Assembly: GCF_040938485.1 (NCBI RefSeq)
Contig: NW_027270993.1
Coordinates: forward strand, 248,001 to 312,000
DNA length: 64,000 nucleotides
Source: Diadema antillarum
Taxonomy: Eukaryota
Reading direction: 5' to 3'
Position 1 is the stretch's first letter; each line of letters starts with the position of its first letter. The position numbers and the translations under genes were made by a program. This document shows, piece by piece, positions 26,987 through 38,800 of this stretch. The notes below the pieces were generated by a model. It was not told where the DNA came from and did no database searches. It was given only the letters and a program-made list of their open reading frames with translations.

Positions 26987-28089
26987 TTTGACTTGTAGTG
27001 ATGGAAATACATGTATGTGTTCATAGCCATCTTGGCAGTCTATTTAGATTTTAATATACAACTGTACAACGTACATTGAAAATGCAGTTCACAGAGTTCA
27101 GTGTATTAGATTGCCTCTCAAGAGTCATATATTTTATGTATTTTTATAATGTATAAATGTGTTGTACCTGAAATAAATGAAATCATTGTCGCATTCCAAC
27201 TCGCCTGCAGTACATACAATACGCTTTTCTGCAATGTGTAACTCAAAATAATATTACTAGTACAGCACGCGACAAAGACTCGGTCAAAATATATTTTAAT
27301 ACGAAATACATGTACATGAATCATTTCCTCTTACATGAAGATTAATAAACACACATAGCAATTGTCTACCAGGTATGGCTTCATCAAAGGTGTAATTTAA
27401 CATGTGACACTATTCCCACGGGAGTCCTATTTTCCCGAGAGATTATGTTTTCCCGTAGCACACAGCGTTGAGGGTTTTGTCTAGAGGGAAAAAAACCTCC
27501 CACGGGATTGTCATTTTACATAAATTATACTGTGTACTGAGTACATGTATTACGATAGACAAGTCAATATTTGTTATATTACATGGCCTACATACATACA
27601 CTGTACAAATTTAATTCTTTGACCTCTTACCCCCTCCCCCCCCCCAAAAAAAAAAAAAAACGTTCCGCAGCCCCTGTATTATCACATAAAAACTAATCTC
27701 TCTCCTCTCTCTGACAGTCTAATTCTAGAAATCAATGCTTTGTGTATAGGTTAAATGCTGTATATCCCTGAAGTTCTGTCATGGAAAGGCATGTGATAAT
27801 CATAACTAGGTCTATTACACGTTGCAAACAAACAAACAAACAGATAAATGAAGATACAATTGTATTACTATAAATACTTGATGGAAAATCATCATTTGAG
27901 GGGGATTAGAATGTTTAAGATAATTGGTCAGTTGTATATCACACATTGAAAGAATATACATGTACAGTATTTAAAAGATTGATGTTAAGTTCGTAACGAA
28001 CAAGTTCACTCAGTCCATCCAGTCAATTGATATCTGCTAAATTGGGAACCTTCACTGATTACTGGGACACTATATATAGGATGATAGAA

Positions 28090-29138
28090 TCTTACAGGAA
28101 ATGACATTGTTCCACTGGTAATAGGCGGTAACCAGATTGATCGAAGCCATAATGTACGATTCCTAGGCGTTATAGTCGAATATTTATCGTGGAAAGACCA
28201 CGTCAGTTACGTCTGTACTAAAGTTTCTCGTAGTGTTGGTATCTTATCCAAGTTACGTCTCTATTTACCAAAAGAAACTTTAATTACTCTGTATAATGCC
28301 ATAGTTATGCCTCATTTAATGTACTGTAATGTAGCTTGGGGAAATACTTATAAGACTCATATAGATAAATTGATTGTTCTTCAGAAAAAAGCTGTAAGGT
28401 ATATTACAAATTCAAACTATAGAAGTCCAAGTTTGCCATTGTTTATTCAACTTCATATTTTGCCATTTGAAAAATTAGTTATCTTGAGTTGCTTGATTTT
28501 TATGTTTAAGACACAAGGTGATCCGAAATCTTTCATGAAGGATGCGTTTGTGTTAAATTCTATCGTTCATGCTTATAATACGCGTAAAAGTAATCTCATT
28601 CATCAACCCTTTGTAAGAACTCAAACTGCCCAAAATTCATTTGTATATGTTTGTATTAGAGAATGGAATAATTTGCCATTGAGAATTAGGTCAGCCTCAA
28701 CACTATCCAACTTTAAACGTACATGTCGCATCTATCTTGAGGGAAATTTGTAAAACAAGAATTGATCAGGGAAGCTGAATTCAAAAGTGTAGTAAAATAG
28801 AAAGTATCTTTCTGCAATTTCATTATGTGAACTATTGTACATGTATGTGCATGAGCGTTTTTGTGACACGTGTGCGTGTGATTGAATGTGTGTGTGCGTG
28901 TGTGTGTGTGTGTGTGCTTGCGTTGCATCTGTCCTATGTAAATATGTTACTATTATACTTCTTGTTAATATGTTTAAAACTTTAGTATGTTTTGTTTTAT
29001 ATGTTTATCCGGGACCCCTTTTTGACAAGCTCTGCTTCTTTTGGGGTCCCAAACCATTCATTATTCTTAATGCTGTATCCTTTTGTAAAATGTCAAATGT
29101 TTAATGAATTGGTTAAATAAACTTGAACTTGAACTTGA
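28090..29138 (+). mobile_element. 5'-truncated L2/CR1-group (Crack/Daphne-like) LINE, 3' end of ORF2 plus 3' UTR
   Basis: Open frame ~28090-28753 (RFLGVIV.YLSWKDHV..LYNAIVMPHLMYCNVAWGN..LQKKAVR..WNNLP); 3' stem-loop GGGACCCC/GGGGTCCC; AATAAA then (ACTTGA)n tail. Confidence 0.88.
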
Positions 29139-29239
29139 ATATGCGTTCAGGTGATCAAGAAATTTAAGTTATCATGTCGTGTGTGGTATAATACCCAAGC
29201 TACCGATAGGAGCGTTGCACATCATGTATACGAGATGTC

Positions 29240-29480
29240 TAATTCAAATGGGTGATGTTCGTTATTCCGAAGGTTCGAAAATCCAAAAATGGCATACAAG
29301 GCTCGTTATTCCGAAACACATAAATTCCGTATAAGTGGATGTTCGTTAGTCCGAACATTATTGTGGTGTTATTCCGATGATTCGCTAGTCCAAATCATCT
29401 AAATTAGGTTTGTTATTCCGAAGTTTCGTTTATAGGAAAAAGAATCATTATTTCAAAAGTTCGTTAATCCGGAAATGAAA
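29240..29480. repeat. Cluster of degenerate GTTCGTTATTCCGAA motifs (probable transposon subterminal repeats)
   Basis: About 6 imperfect copies of the motif within 240 bp. Confidence 0.5.
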
Positions 29481-30063
29481 AAGGGTGTTTTGATGCTAAC
29501 AAACCTTTTTTTTTTTATTTCAAATCAATTCAGAGTTTATTTCATTTTTCGACAAAAATACATATTAATTTCTTTGGTAACAGAGAATAAGGTAAGCAAA
29601 ATTATGTGAAATGAAAAGAGTCTTGTGTAAAGACGTGTGTTTGTGTGTGTTAGTAAGGGGTGACAACCTATATACTGTAACTACAAGCCCATAAGGATTC
29701 GTACACTTTCATATCAGTGGTATTAAATCTGTGCTTCTTTGGAGTCAAGACAATGGAGGCGAAATGCAATCAAATTATTAATCAAACTCCGATGCAAGGT
29801 GTATGACAGGAAAGAGTCAGGCGGCACTTGTATAGTCCTGCCAGTAGTCCGATCGGCGAAAATGCTGTGAATCCTTGAAAGTGGGTCATAGTGGTATACA
29901 TGACGACATCGTCATCCCGGAGCAATGGACCTCACGCATGAGCGCCGTTTGAATGTATACTATTCTGACACCCTAAATGGCATCAAGTTTCAAAATAGAA
30001 TAGATCATGGACCCTACTCTTTGGGTCCATGATTAGATCAAGGTAAATCTTCACCGATTCCGC

Positions 30064-33000
30064 AATTTTATGGTGTTTAGTAATACAATCACTTGTTTAC
30101 CTGGCTCAATTTCAATCACAGGAGTAAACTTACAACAGACAAATTCAGTTAAATTTCTTGGTCTTTTAATTGATTGTAAATTATCTTGGCAGGATCAAAC
30201 AAATCATTTATGTAAGTTATTATCAAGAAATTTGGGTGTTATACAGAAGCTTAAGCATGTTTTCCCCACATATATATTACGTACCTTATATTCGACTTTG
30301 TTATTGCCGTATCTTCATTATAGCATACTGGCCTGGGGGAATTGTTCCAAAATACGCCTGGAGTCTATCTTTAGAATACAAAAGCGAGCTGTAAGGATTA
30401 TCAAATGTACCAATTATTTAGCACCGACAAGCCCTCTGTTCAAAAGTAATAACCTCTTAAAGATTTTTGATATATATTCTTACTCCCTTGGGATATTTAT
30501 GTACCAGTTAACTAAAGACGAATTACCTTATGCTTTCACTCCCATGTTTGTAAAAAATAAAGTTATACATTCCTACCCTACAAGACAGGAAAATTCATTT
30601 CACTTTTCTCCCGTGAGAACTGCATTTGCTCTTAAAACAATAGTACATACAGGTCCAACATTCTGGAATAGCCTTGACTCCGACATTATTGAATCGTTGT
30701 CATTGAACTGTTTTAAACGTAAATTAAAAAAATCCCTTGTGCAGGCTTATATCTAATAATACAACATGCAATTTTATTTGAACTCCCTCTTCTTTATCAG
30801 ATTCGTTGTTTATCATATGTATTCCATGGTTGCCTTTTTTTTTTTTTACTGAGTCATGTATGTCAAGGCTATTCCTGAATTAATGAATCATTATGTATCA
30901 TGTGCGTTTTTGCGCATTCTTACAGTTACGTAACTGTGTTGCTCGGGTGACAAGGAGTCTTGTTAACGCGTTACAGGTGGCTACTTTGTATTTCGCTATG
31001 CTTTCGTATATTCTATTCCTTTCCTTTGCTCTTTTTGCTCTCTTTTCTTTTACGTTAGTGGAGCGGCATAGCCGAAAAATTGTGCATTTTGTGATAAAAG
31101 CACCAAATTTCGTACACAGGCTGACAATCACGTTCAGATCAAATTTAGATATTGGGCCATCGTAAATAGCGCCCTCAACGTCCGTGGCAGCCATTTTTCA
31201 AAATGGCTGCCATAAATGCCATGTTTTCGTAAAATTTACTAATTTTAGGAGAGAAAAGTCAATAAGATTTTGGTTACAAATGGGAAATTACATTCAAAAT
31301 AAATCTACATATCGGGCCATCGGAAATAGCGCCCTCAACGGCAGTGGCAGCCATTTTTCAAAATGGCCGCCATAAATGCCATTTCTTCAAAATATTTGCT
31401 AACTTCAGAAGGGAAAGCCAGTAAGATTTTGCGAACAAGTGGGAAATTACATTCAAAATGAATCTAAATATTTGGTCATTGTGAATTGCGCCCTCAACGT
31501 CCATGACAGCCATTTTTTCAAAATGGACAGCCATTTTTTCAAAATGGCTGTGCCACTTCTTCGATGATTTTGCAAATTTCAGAAGGGAAAAGTTAATAAA
31601 TTTTTCCCATAAATTTTAATTTCATTCAAAATGAATCTAGATATTAGGCCATCGGAAATTGCGCCCTCAACGGCCATGGTCGCCTTTTTTTTCAAAATGG
31701 CTGCCACAAATGCCATTTTTTGTTAAAAAATGCAAATATCAGAAGGGAAAGCCAATGGTCTTTTTTTTTGTAAACAAGCTGGAAATTACATCCAAAATAA
31801 ATCCAGATATTGGGCAATTGAAAATTGCGCTGTCAATGGCTATGGCAGCCATCTTTTTTTCAAATGGGCATCATAAGTGCCATTTTTTCATTAAAAAAAT
31901 GCTAATTTCAAAAGGAAAAGTCAATGAAATTTTGGTTATAAATGGGAAATGAGATTTAAAATAAATATCGATATTGGGCCATCGGAAATTGTGCCCTCAA
32001 CGGTCATGACAGCCATTTTTCAAAATGGCCTCCATAATGCTATATTTTCGAAAAGATTTACTGAAATCAGAAGGGAAAGCCAACGAGATTTTGCAAACAG
32101 GTGGGAAAGTACATTCAAAAGTAAACTTATTGGGCCATTGCAAATTGCCCCCTCAATGGCCATTCCAGCCCATTTTCAAAATGGCCACCATGAATGTCTT
32201 TTTTTTTTTCCACAAAGGTGGAAAATTACATTCAGACTGAATTTGATAATAGGCCATCCAAAAGTGCACCCTCAACAGCCATAGCAGCCAAGTTTTAAAA
32301 CAGCTGCCATGGATGCCCCCCTTGTTTTGCTTTGTTTTTTGCAAAAATTTGCTGATGTCAGAAGGAAAAGTCAATAAGACTTTGCAAACAAGTTTAAAAT
32401 TATGCTCAAAAAATAAATTTAAATGTAAAGTCGTCTTAGAAGGCGCCCTCAAGGGCCATGCCGACCGCCATGGATGTCTGCTTCTTTCTTTTTTCTTTTC
32501 TTTTCTGGAAAGATTTGCTAATTTCAGAGAGAAAACCAAGAAATTTGTACATACCTTTATGTTTAAAATCATATTCAAAAGAAAATAATATATGAGTTCA
32601 TTACAAATGGCACCATCAACGTCCATGGCAGCCATTTTCCAAATGGCCACTATAGATGCTATTTATTTCTTGAAAATATGATAATGCCACAAGAAGACAA
32701 TATAATTTCTTGTGAATATTGATAAAAGACATTCAAATAAATTCAAGTTTCAATTTGAATTTAAATTTGAAATGAAGATATTGAGCCACCACTTAAACAT
32801 CGTCCCAACGGCTATGGCAGCTCTTTGGCAAAATGGCTTCCACACACTCCTTATTCTTATTTGCTTATCGCCTTATTCCAGAAGGAGAAAGCAATAGAAT
32901 ACTGCTAAACAGCCATTATATCTAATGCAATCTGGTGTTCAAAGAAATTTAAATTTTAAAAAAGGTTTCATTGATGGGTTAGTTCGAAATTCATGTTTTC

Positions 33001-35202
33001 AGTTTAGTCCTAATTGCAGTATTTCGTGTGTGACGGCTAACAGTATGGATATCAAAGGTATGTGTTTTATGGAAACATAGCAAGTAGATTAACTTTTATC
33101 GTAAAATGAAAGGCCATTTTTTCGTATCTGTTTTAAGAATATTTAGGAAGTTACATTTTAGAATAGATACACGTCATATATCCCATATATTCAATGATAT
33201 GGTGTTACTGTCAAAGTTAACACATGGCGCCATTATCCCTGGATATTCATATTACTCTTTTTCGGAAATCTTATGTTTGCCACCTAAAACATGCATTCAT
33301 CATTGGTAAGATATAATTGCTAAGCATTTGCCTTGTTTATTTCAAATGTTCCTCAAATGATTTCCGTAACACCATATTTCAGATTATATAATGTCTCTGT
33401 GAGTATTCTACTGTCCTCTCCTTCTGAAGTTAAAGCAAATTTTCAAGACAAAAAAAAAAGAAGAAGAGTGTATTGTAGCCATTTTGACCAATAGCTGAAA
33501 TAGCCATTGAGAACACAGTTTATGAATATGGCCCAATGTCTAAACTTCTTTATATGTATTGTCAACTTGCGACAAAAAAAAAAATGTTTACTGTCTTCTT
33601 CCGGCATTAGGACATCTTCATTAAAGAAAAATGGCATCTATGACAGCCATTTTGGAAAATGGCTGCAATTACCGTTATAAGCATTTTTTTCTTCTTGAAA
33701 ATTTGCGAAGGAACAATTTCTAGAGTTAATGCAATCTAGATATATTGTTTGATTTTAAACATGATTTTCAATTTATGTACACATTGACTTTTCTTTCTGA
33801 AATTACCATTTTTTAAAACAAAATGATTATGGCAATGGCAGCAATTTTGGCATATGGCGGCCATGGCCGTTGAGGGCAGTATTATAATAATCTAATACAA
33901 ATATTTATTTCAAACATAATTTTCAAATTGTGTGCAAAATCTTATTGACTTTTCCTTTTGTGAAATCAGGAAATAAAAGAAAATGGAATCCATGGTGGCC
34001 ATTTTGAAAAAGGCTGCAATGGCCATAGAGGGCGCTATTTACAATAATGTAATACATAGGCGCAAGAAATATTTCAAACGAAATTTTTAAATTGAGTGCA
34101 AGATCTCACTGTCTTTTCCTTCTGGAATTAGTAAATTCGGAGAAAAAGGTGGCATTTATGGCAGCCAATTTTAAACATGGCTGCCATTGGCGCTGAGGGC
34201 GCAATTTGCGATGGCCCAACATCTAAATATATTTTGAATTTTATTTCAACTCGTTTGCAAAATCTTGTTGATTTTCCCTTCTGAAATGTTTAAATTTTTT
34301 GCGAAAAATTGCGTTTATGGCGACCATTTATGAAAAAATGGCTGCCATGACCGTTAGGGGGCGCAATTTGCGATGGCCCAATATCTGAACTTGTTTTTTA
34401 TGCTATGTCCGACACGTTTGCAAAATCTTATTGATTTTCCCTTCTGAAATTTGTAAATTTTTACTATAAAATGGCATTTAAGGCGGCCATTTTGAAAAAT
34501 GGCTGCTATGGCCGTTGAGGGCGCTATTTTCGATGGCCCAATATCTAAATTTATTTTAAATATTATTTTCCACTTTTTCGCAAAATCTTACTGATTTTCC
34601 CTTCTGAACTTTGTAATTTTTTGCGAAAAATGGCATTTATGGCGGCCATTTTGAAAAATGGCTGCCATTACCGTTGAGGGCGTAATTTACGGTGGCCCAA
34701 TGTCTAAATTTATTTTGAATGTTATTTCCCACTCGTTTGCAAAATCTTATTGATTTTCCCTTCTGAAATTTGTAAATTTTAACGAAAAATGGCATTTATG
34801 GCGGCCATTTTAAAAAATGGCTGCCATGGCCGTTGAGGGCGCTATTTTCGATGGCCCAATATCTGAATTTATTTCTAATGTAATTGTCAACATGTGTGCG
34901 AAATTTGGTGCTTTTATCAAGAAATGCACAATTCCTCTAATTTTTCAAGCTATGCCGCTCCACTACGTCCCTTTCCTTCCTTTCATAGTTTTCGTTTCTA
35001 GGTTGTTTAAGAAGACCAACACTTTCATATATACAGGGACCTATACATTACAAGCTTTGCTTTTTAGTAGGTCCCCACATTTCATGTTTGTTAAATTGTC
35101 TTCTCTTGTATTTTTTGTAATTTACGACGCTATGTTCAATTTTATGTTCAATCGATCGTATCATGTTTGATGTTTTGAAATGTGGAACAATAAAATCAAA
35201 TC
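30064..35202 (+). mobile_element. 5'-truncated L2/CR1-group LINE whose 3' UTR is interrupted by the Academ-like element
   Basis: ORF 30070-30756 (KFLGLLIDCKLSW, LYSTLLLPYLHYSILAWGN, IQKRAVRII, FWNSL). The 3' UTR resumes after 34968 with stem-loop GGGACCTA/TAGGTCCC, AATAAA at 35189 and an ATCAAATC tail. Confidence 0.85.
31056..34965. mobile_element. Non-autonomous Academ-like foldback DNA transposon with tandem-repeat arms
   Basis: Perfect 17-bp termini TAGTGGAGCGGCATAGC/GCTATGCCGCTCCACTA; 3-bp TSD CGT (31053-55, 34966-68). Left arm has ~11 and right arm ~8-9 inverted ~160-bp units around a ~500-bp spacer. TAG..CTA with a 3-bp TSD fits Academ. Confidence 0.8.
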
Positions 35203-35824
35203 CCGTAATCGTCACAAAATCAATCTTATATTTCATCTTGCATATTCATATTCTACAGCCATATAGACTCCTTTCTTGGCAATCACTGCGCTGCTCTAGA
35301 GGTCCAGTCTTGCTGGATGTTGTCACAGGTAGGCTATTGGAAAGGAAAATCAAATGTAACGATCTGAAAAACTCAACTTTGTTCATCACTGCCCGCCGGA
35401 ATCAAAGGCTCAAAAATGGGGGAAGAATATTGTGTTTATCCCCCAACTACTCCAAAGCGATATATAACATGAGTAGTTTTCTCGTTCTCCCCAAGCTGGG
35501 GAGAATCGTTCAGCCATATCTCCCTCATTGTGTCTCTGTGGTAGAGCTATTCCGGGCCAAAAGAGATTACCACCACCACCCAACGAAAGAGTAGATCGCA
35601 GCTCATACAGGCCTCCGTTCGCTCGCCGCGAAAGGTCCCACTGTCGTCAGGATAAGAGAACTTGTCGGAGTGGTATACTGGCAGCTTCACCACCTGCCTG
35701 CATGTTTTACACCGTGCACATTGAGGAGGTGATATGAAGGTGTAATCAACGATTCTACCTGAATACCTCAGGATTTTCGAAGTTTTCTTTGATCGGGCAG
35801 ACGACATTTTCGGTATCCTTCAGC

Positions 35825-38800
35825 ATGGCCGTGTCGGGAGTGTCGATTTTAGCGGTCTATGCAGCGGCTCTCATCGCTTCATCAGCTAGCTTGTTCACGG
35901 ACCGTCCCGCGGTCGACATGTGGCTATCTAGGGACGAAGTGTCTCGAATTCTTGGTGCGTATAGATTATAATATTTTTGCTCTCTGTTGTGAATAATTTC
36001 ATTTCAGAAGACAGAAGGTCATCATTTTTATGATATCTTGGAATGTAATACCATGAAATTGCTCTGCTTTGCCCTGATGAACATCACCAGCAAAGTACGG
36101 TGATGCCTGGGAAAAATTACCATTGTTTGGGTTTTTCCAGAGGTATTATTGTACATGTGAATTACAACGTAGGCCTACGTGTATTTTTGCTTTTGATGTG
36201 AACTTGCAACCAGGGTAATCTTTCTCGTCAGACTCCATTCCAGGAAAAGAAAGAAAAGAAAGAATACCAGCATGGCATTCTTTCCTATTCTATTCGAGCA
36301 ACCGAGCAGAACCTCAATGTTTTTAAAGTGCAAACTTTATGAGGTACAGTTACTTTATAATAAGCCATCACCAAGCAACACATTGTTATCACCATGCAGA
36401 GCCCATTAGAAACCTTTTGTACTGAAGCTATAGAGGGGTCGACAGGTGAGATGAATGATTAAAGCAATTTCCGCATTTTCGATAGTATTTTCCTGTTGTA
36501 TTGGATCTATTTCAACACACCGTAATTATTCGTCTGCATTTCGATCAGCCTGGAAAATGCATGGATCACATAATGCATATATCGGGCACCAAAAAAAAAA
36601 AAAAAAAATGTACATTATGCATTAAAACCAAACATTAAGCAAGTTAAGTTTCAATCGTAAAACAGCAAACCTAGCTCAGACCCTCGCAGTTCTACAAACA
36701 ATACAGAAAAAAAAATACCTAAAAGACAAAAAAGTTCAGGTGTGAGTTTCTTTAATTTGTCTCCCTCTACAAATGAAATTTGTTAAGATCGACAGGTTCG
36801 AGTCCCACTGGTACCTTTTCCCGACATTTTTGTTAATTTACAGATCAGCAGTTGCGATTTTAACAAATGTTATTTGTAGAGGGAGACAAATTGAAGAAAC
36901 TCACACCTGAACCTTCACCCCACTGAATAATATCTTGCTGACAAAAAAAACACACAAACAAACCTTAGATAATATACAATTATCAGTAGGCCTAATAACC
37001 ATGCACAACTTTAGAATTCCCTTGCGAAATTTGTCCTCTTATATAATTCTTCAATTAAATTAATCGCGTGTGTTTGGTTATAATTCAGAGGTTTCTATCA
37101 CAGGGCTAAGCCCGCAAGTTTTGACTGACTTTCATCAAGACTCGTTTTGAGAAATTATTATGTATGGTTATTTATTGCGCGGAGAATAACACTGTAATGG
37201 ATGCATGTTATCTAATTTGTACACGACAAGAAAGTTAACATCCTGAACCTTGCAGCCTTGTTATACTTAAAGGCTGAAATAATGTTCTCTTGGAAACGTG
37301 TCATCTCATTTCATGTATCGATGTAAACAGATTTTACTGTTCTCATCATTACGTTTCATTATCAACTAACATATGGCTGTGTTGATGTGTTGCGCCTTAT
37401 CTATTATCTAAAGCTCGTGTCTGGAAAGCTAAAACATAATGGTACAATGTGCACGTTCCTAAGCACATGACACCCTTCTTCAATCCTACAGCATCAAACG
37501 AATATTTCATGGCGTCAAAATAACGTGCATCTCAAATTTGACCTCAAGACTATTGTTCTGTGTTTGGCAGTGAGAAATGTAAATATTTTGAAACTTCTTT
37601 TTACTTGTTGAGTGCATGGGGTATCTCCGATTACACATTCCATATGCATGCACTACAAACGATTGATGTGACAGATTAGGCCCTACTGGGTAACTCCTCC
37701 GTGACATATTGATTGTTAATTGTTTACCGTATAGGAGTTGACTATTTCATGCTACGATGAACATATTTTCTGCCCAAGCTCCAAGGACGCTGTGGATGTG
37801 GTGACTTTGATAGCCACTTCCTGTTGAGGCCGCAACTCGTCCCAACAAAGCGAATAATATTCGTTGTGAAATACGATGTGAAATTGTGGGAAAACACTGT
37901 GTCAATTATGAAACCCTCATCTTTTATTTTTTCCTCAGATGGAATTAGAAATCATGCCACTCCTGTTGACTGTTAGACGAGAAAACTTAGTGGTATTGCT
38001 ATTGATTACCATCTAATCATTGAGGTATTATCATTGCGTTGTTTGGGGGTATGCGAACCTCGGGAATGAATTAAAGTCAGTTTGTGTATACTCCTCAAGA
38101 TCGAGGAAATAGCTATACTGTCTTCTTCACTGACAATCTCTTGAGATGATTAGTTGGTGACCTGGAGATAATCTAAGTGGGGATTAACAAGCTGTCTAGT
38201 CAAATCAATTATTCCACTCTCCACCAACTATAGTATTAAGCTCATCACCTTTGCATGGGATATAAAAGCACCACTCCGCGCGCACTGATCTTTTTCAACG
38301 CGGCGCCCCCCACGCCTGCGATCCCGTCTTGTCTCGGCGGGTTATGTTTTGTCTGCCTCGCTTGGAGGCATGGCTCAGAGGAAAACAACATAAGAATTCG
38401 AGCTACCATACTCAATTCAGTGAAAAGGAGAAGTGATTATACCTCGATGCAGGCTGCGGGCTCGGTGCCGCCTGTGGTTAACGACATAAAAATGTTCAAT
38501 CTGCCCTCATAATGAACGGAACCTTTAATCCAATCTTCGCAGACTTCATTAGCGGCGCTCTAGTGTCTGCGACAATTAAGTCAAGGCTGCTTGAGAGGTT
38601 AATGTAGCTTTGTGTGTTTAATCCATCCCGAGCCGGGAAAGCTGTCTGTGTTTAAGGGATTTATCACAATGAAGTCCTTTATCCCATTGTAAGCGGTACA
38701 CAATAGGTTTACCAATGTTTGGATACACAGGAATGTTGTCCCCAAACGCGAGGTTACACCTTACCCGGTACTTAAGTTGACTTCCTAAAAGCGACATACT

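Noticed and set aside
36795-36805. tRNA gene
   Set aside because: Only a T-loop/B-box motif; no acceptor, D or anticodon stems are visible.
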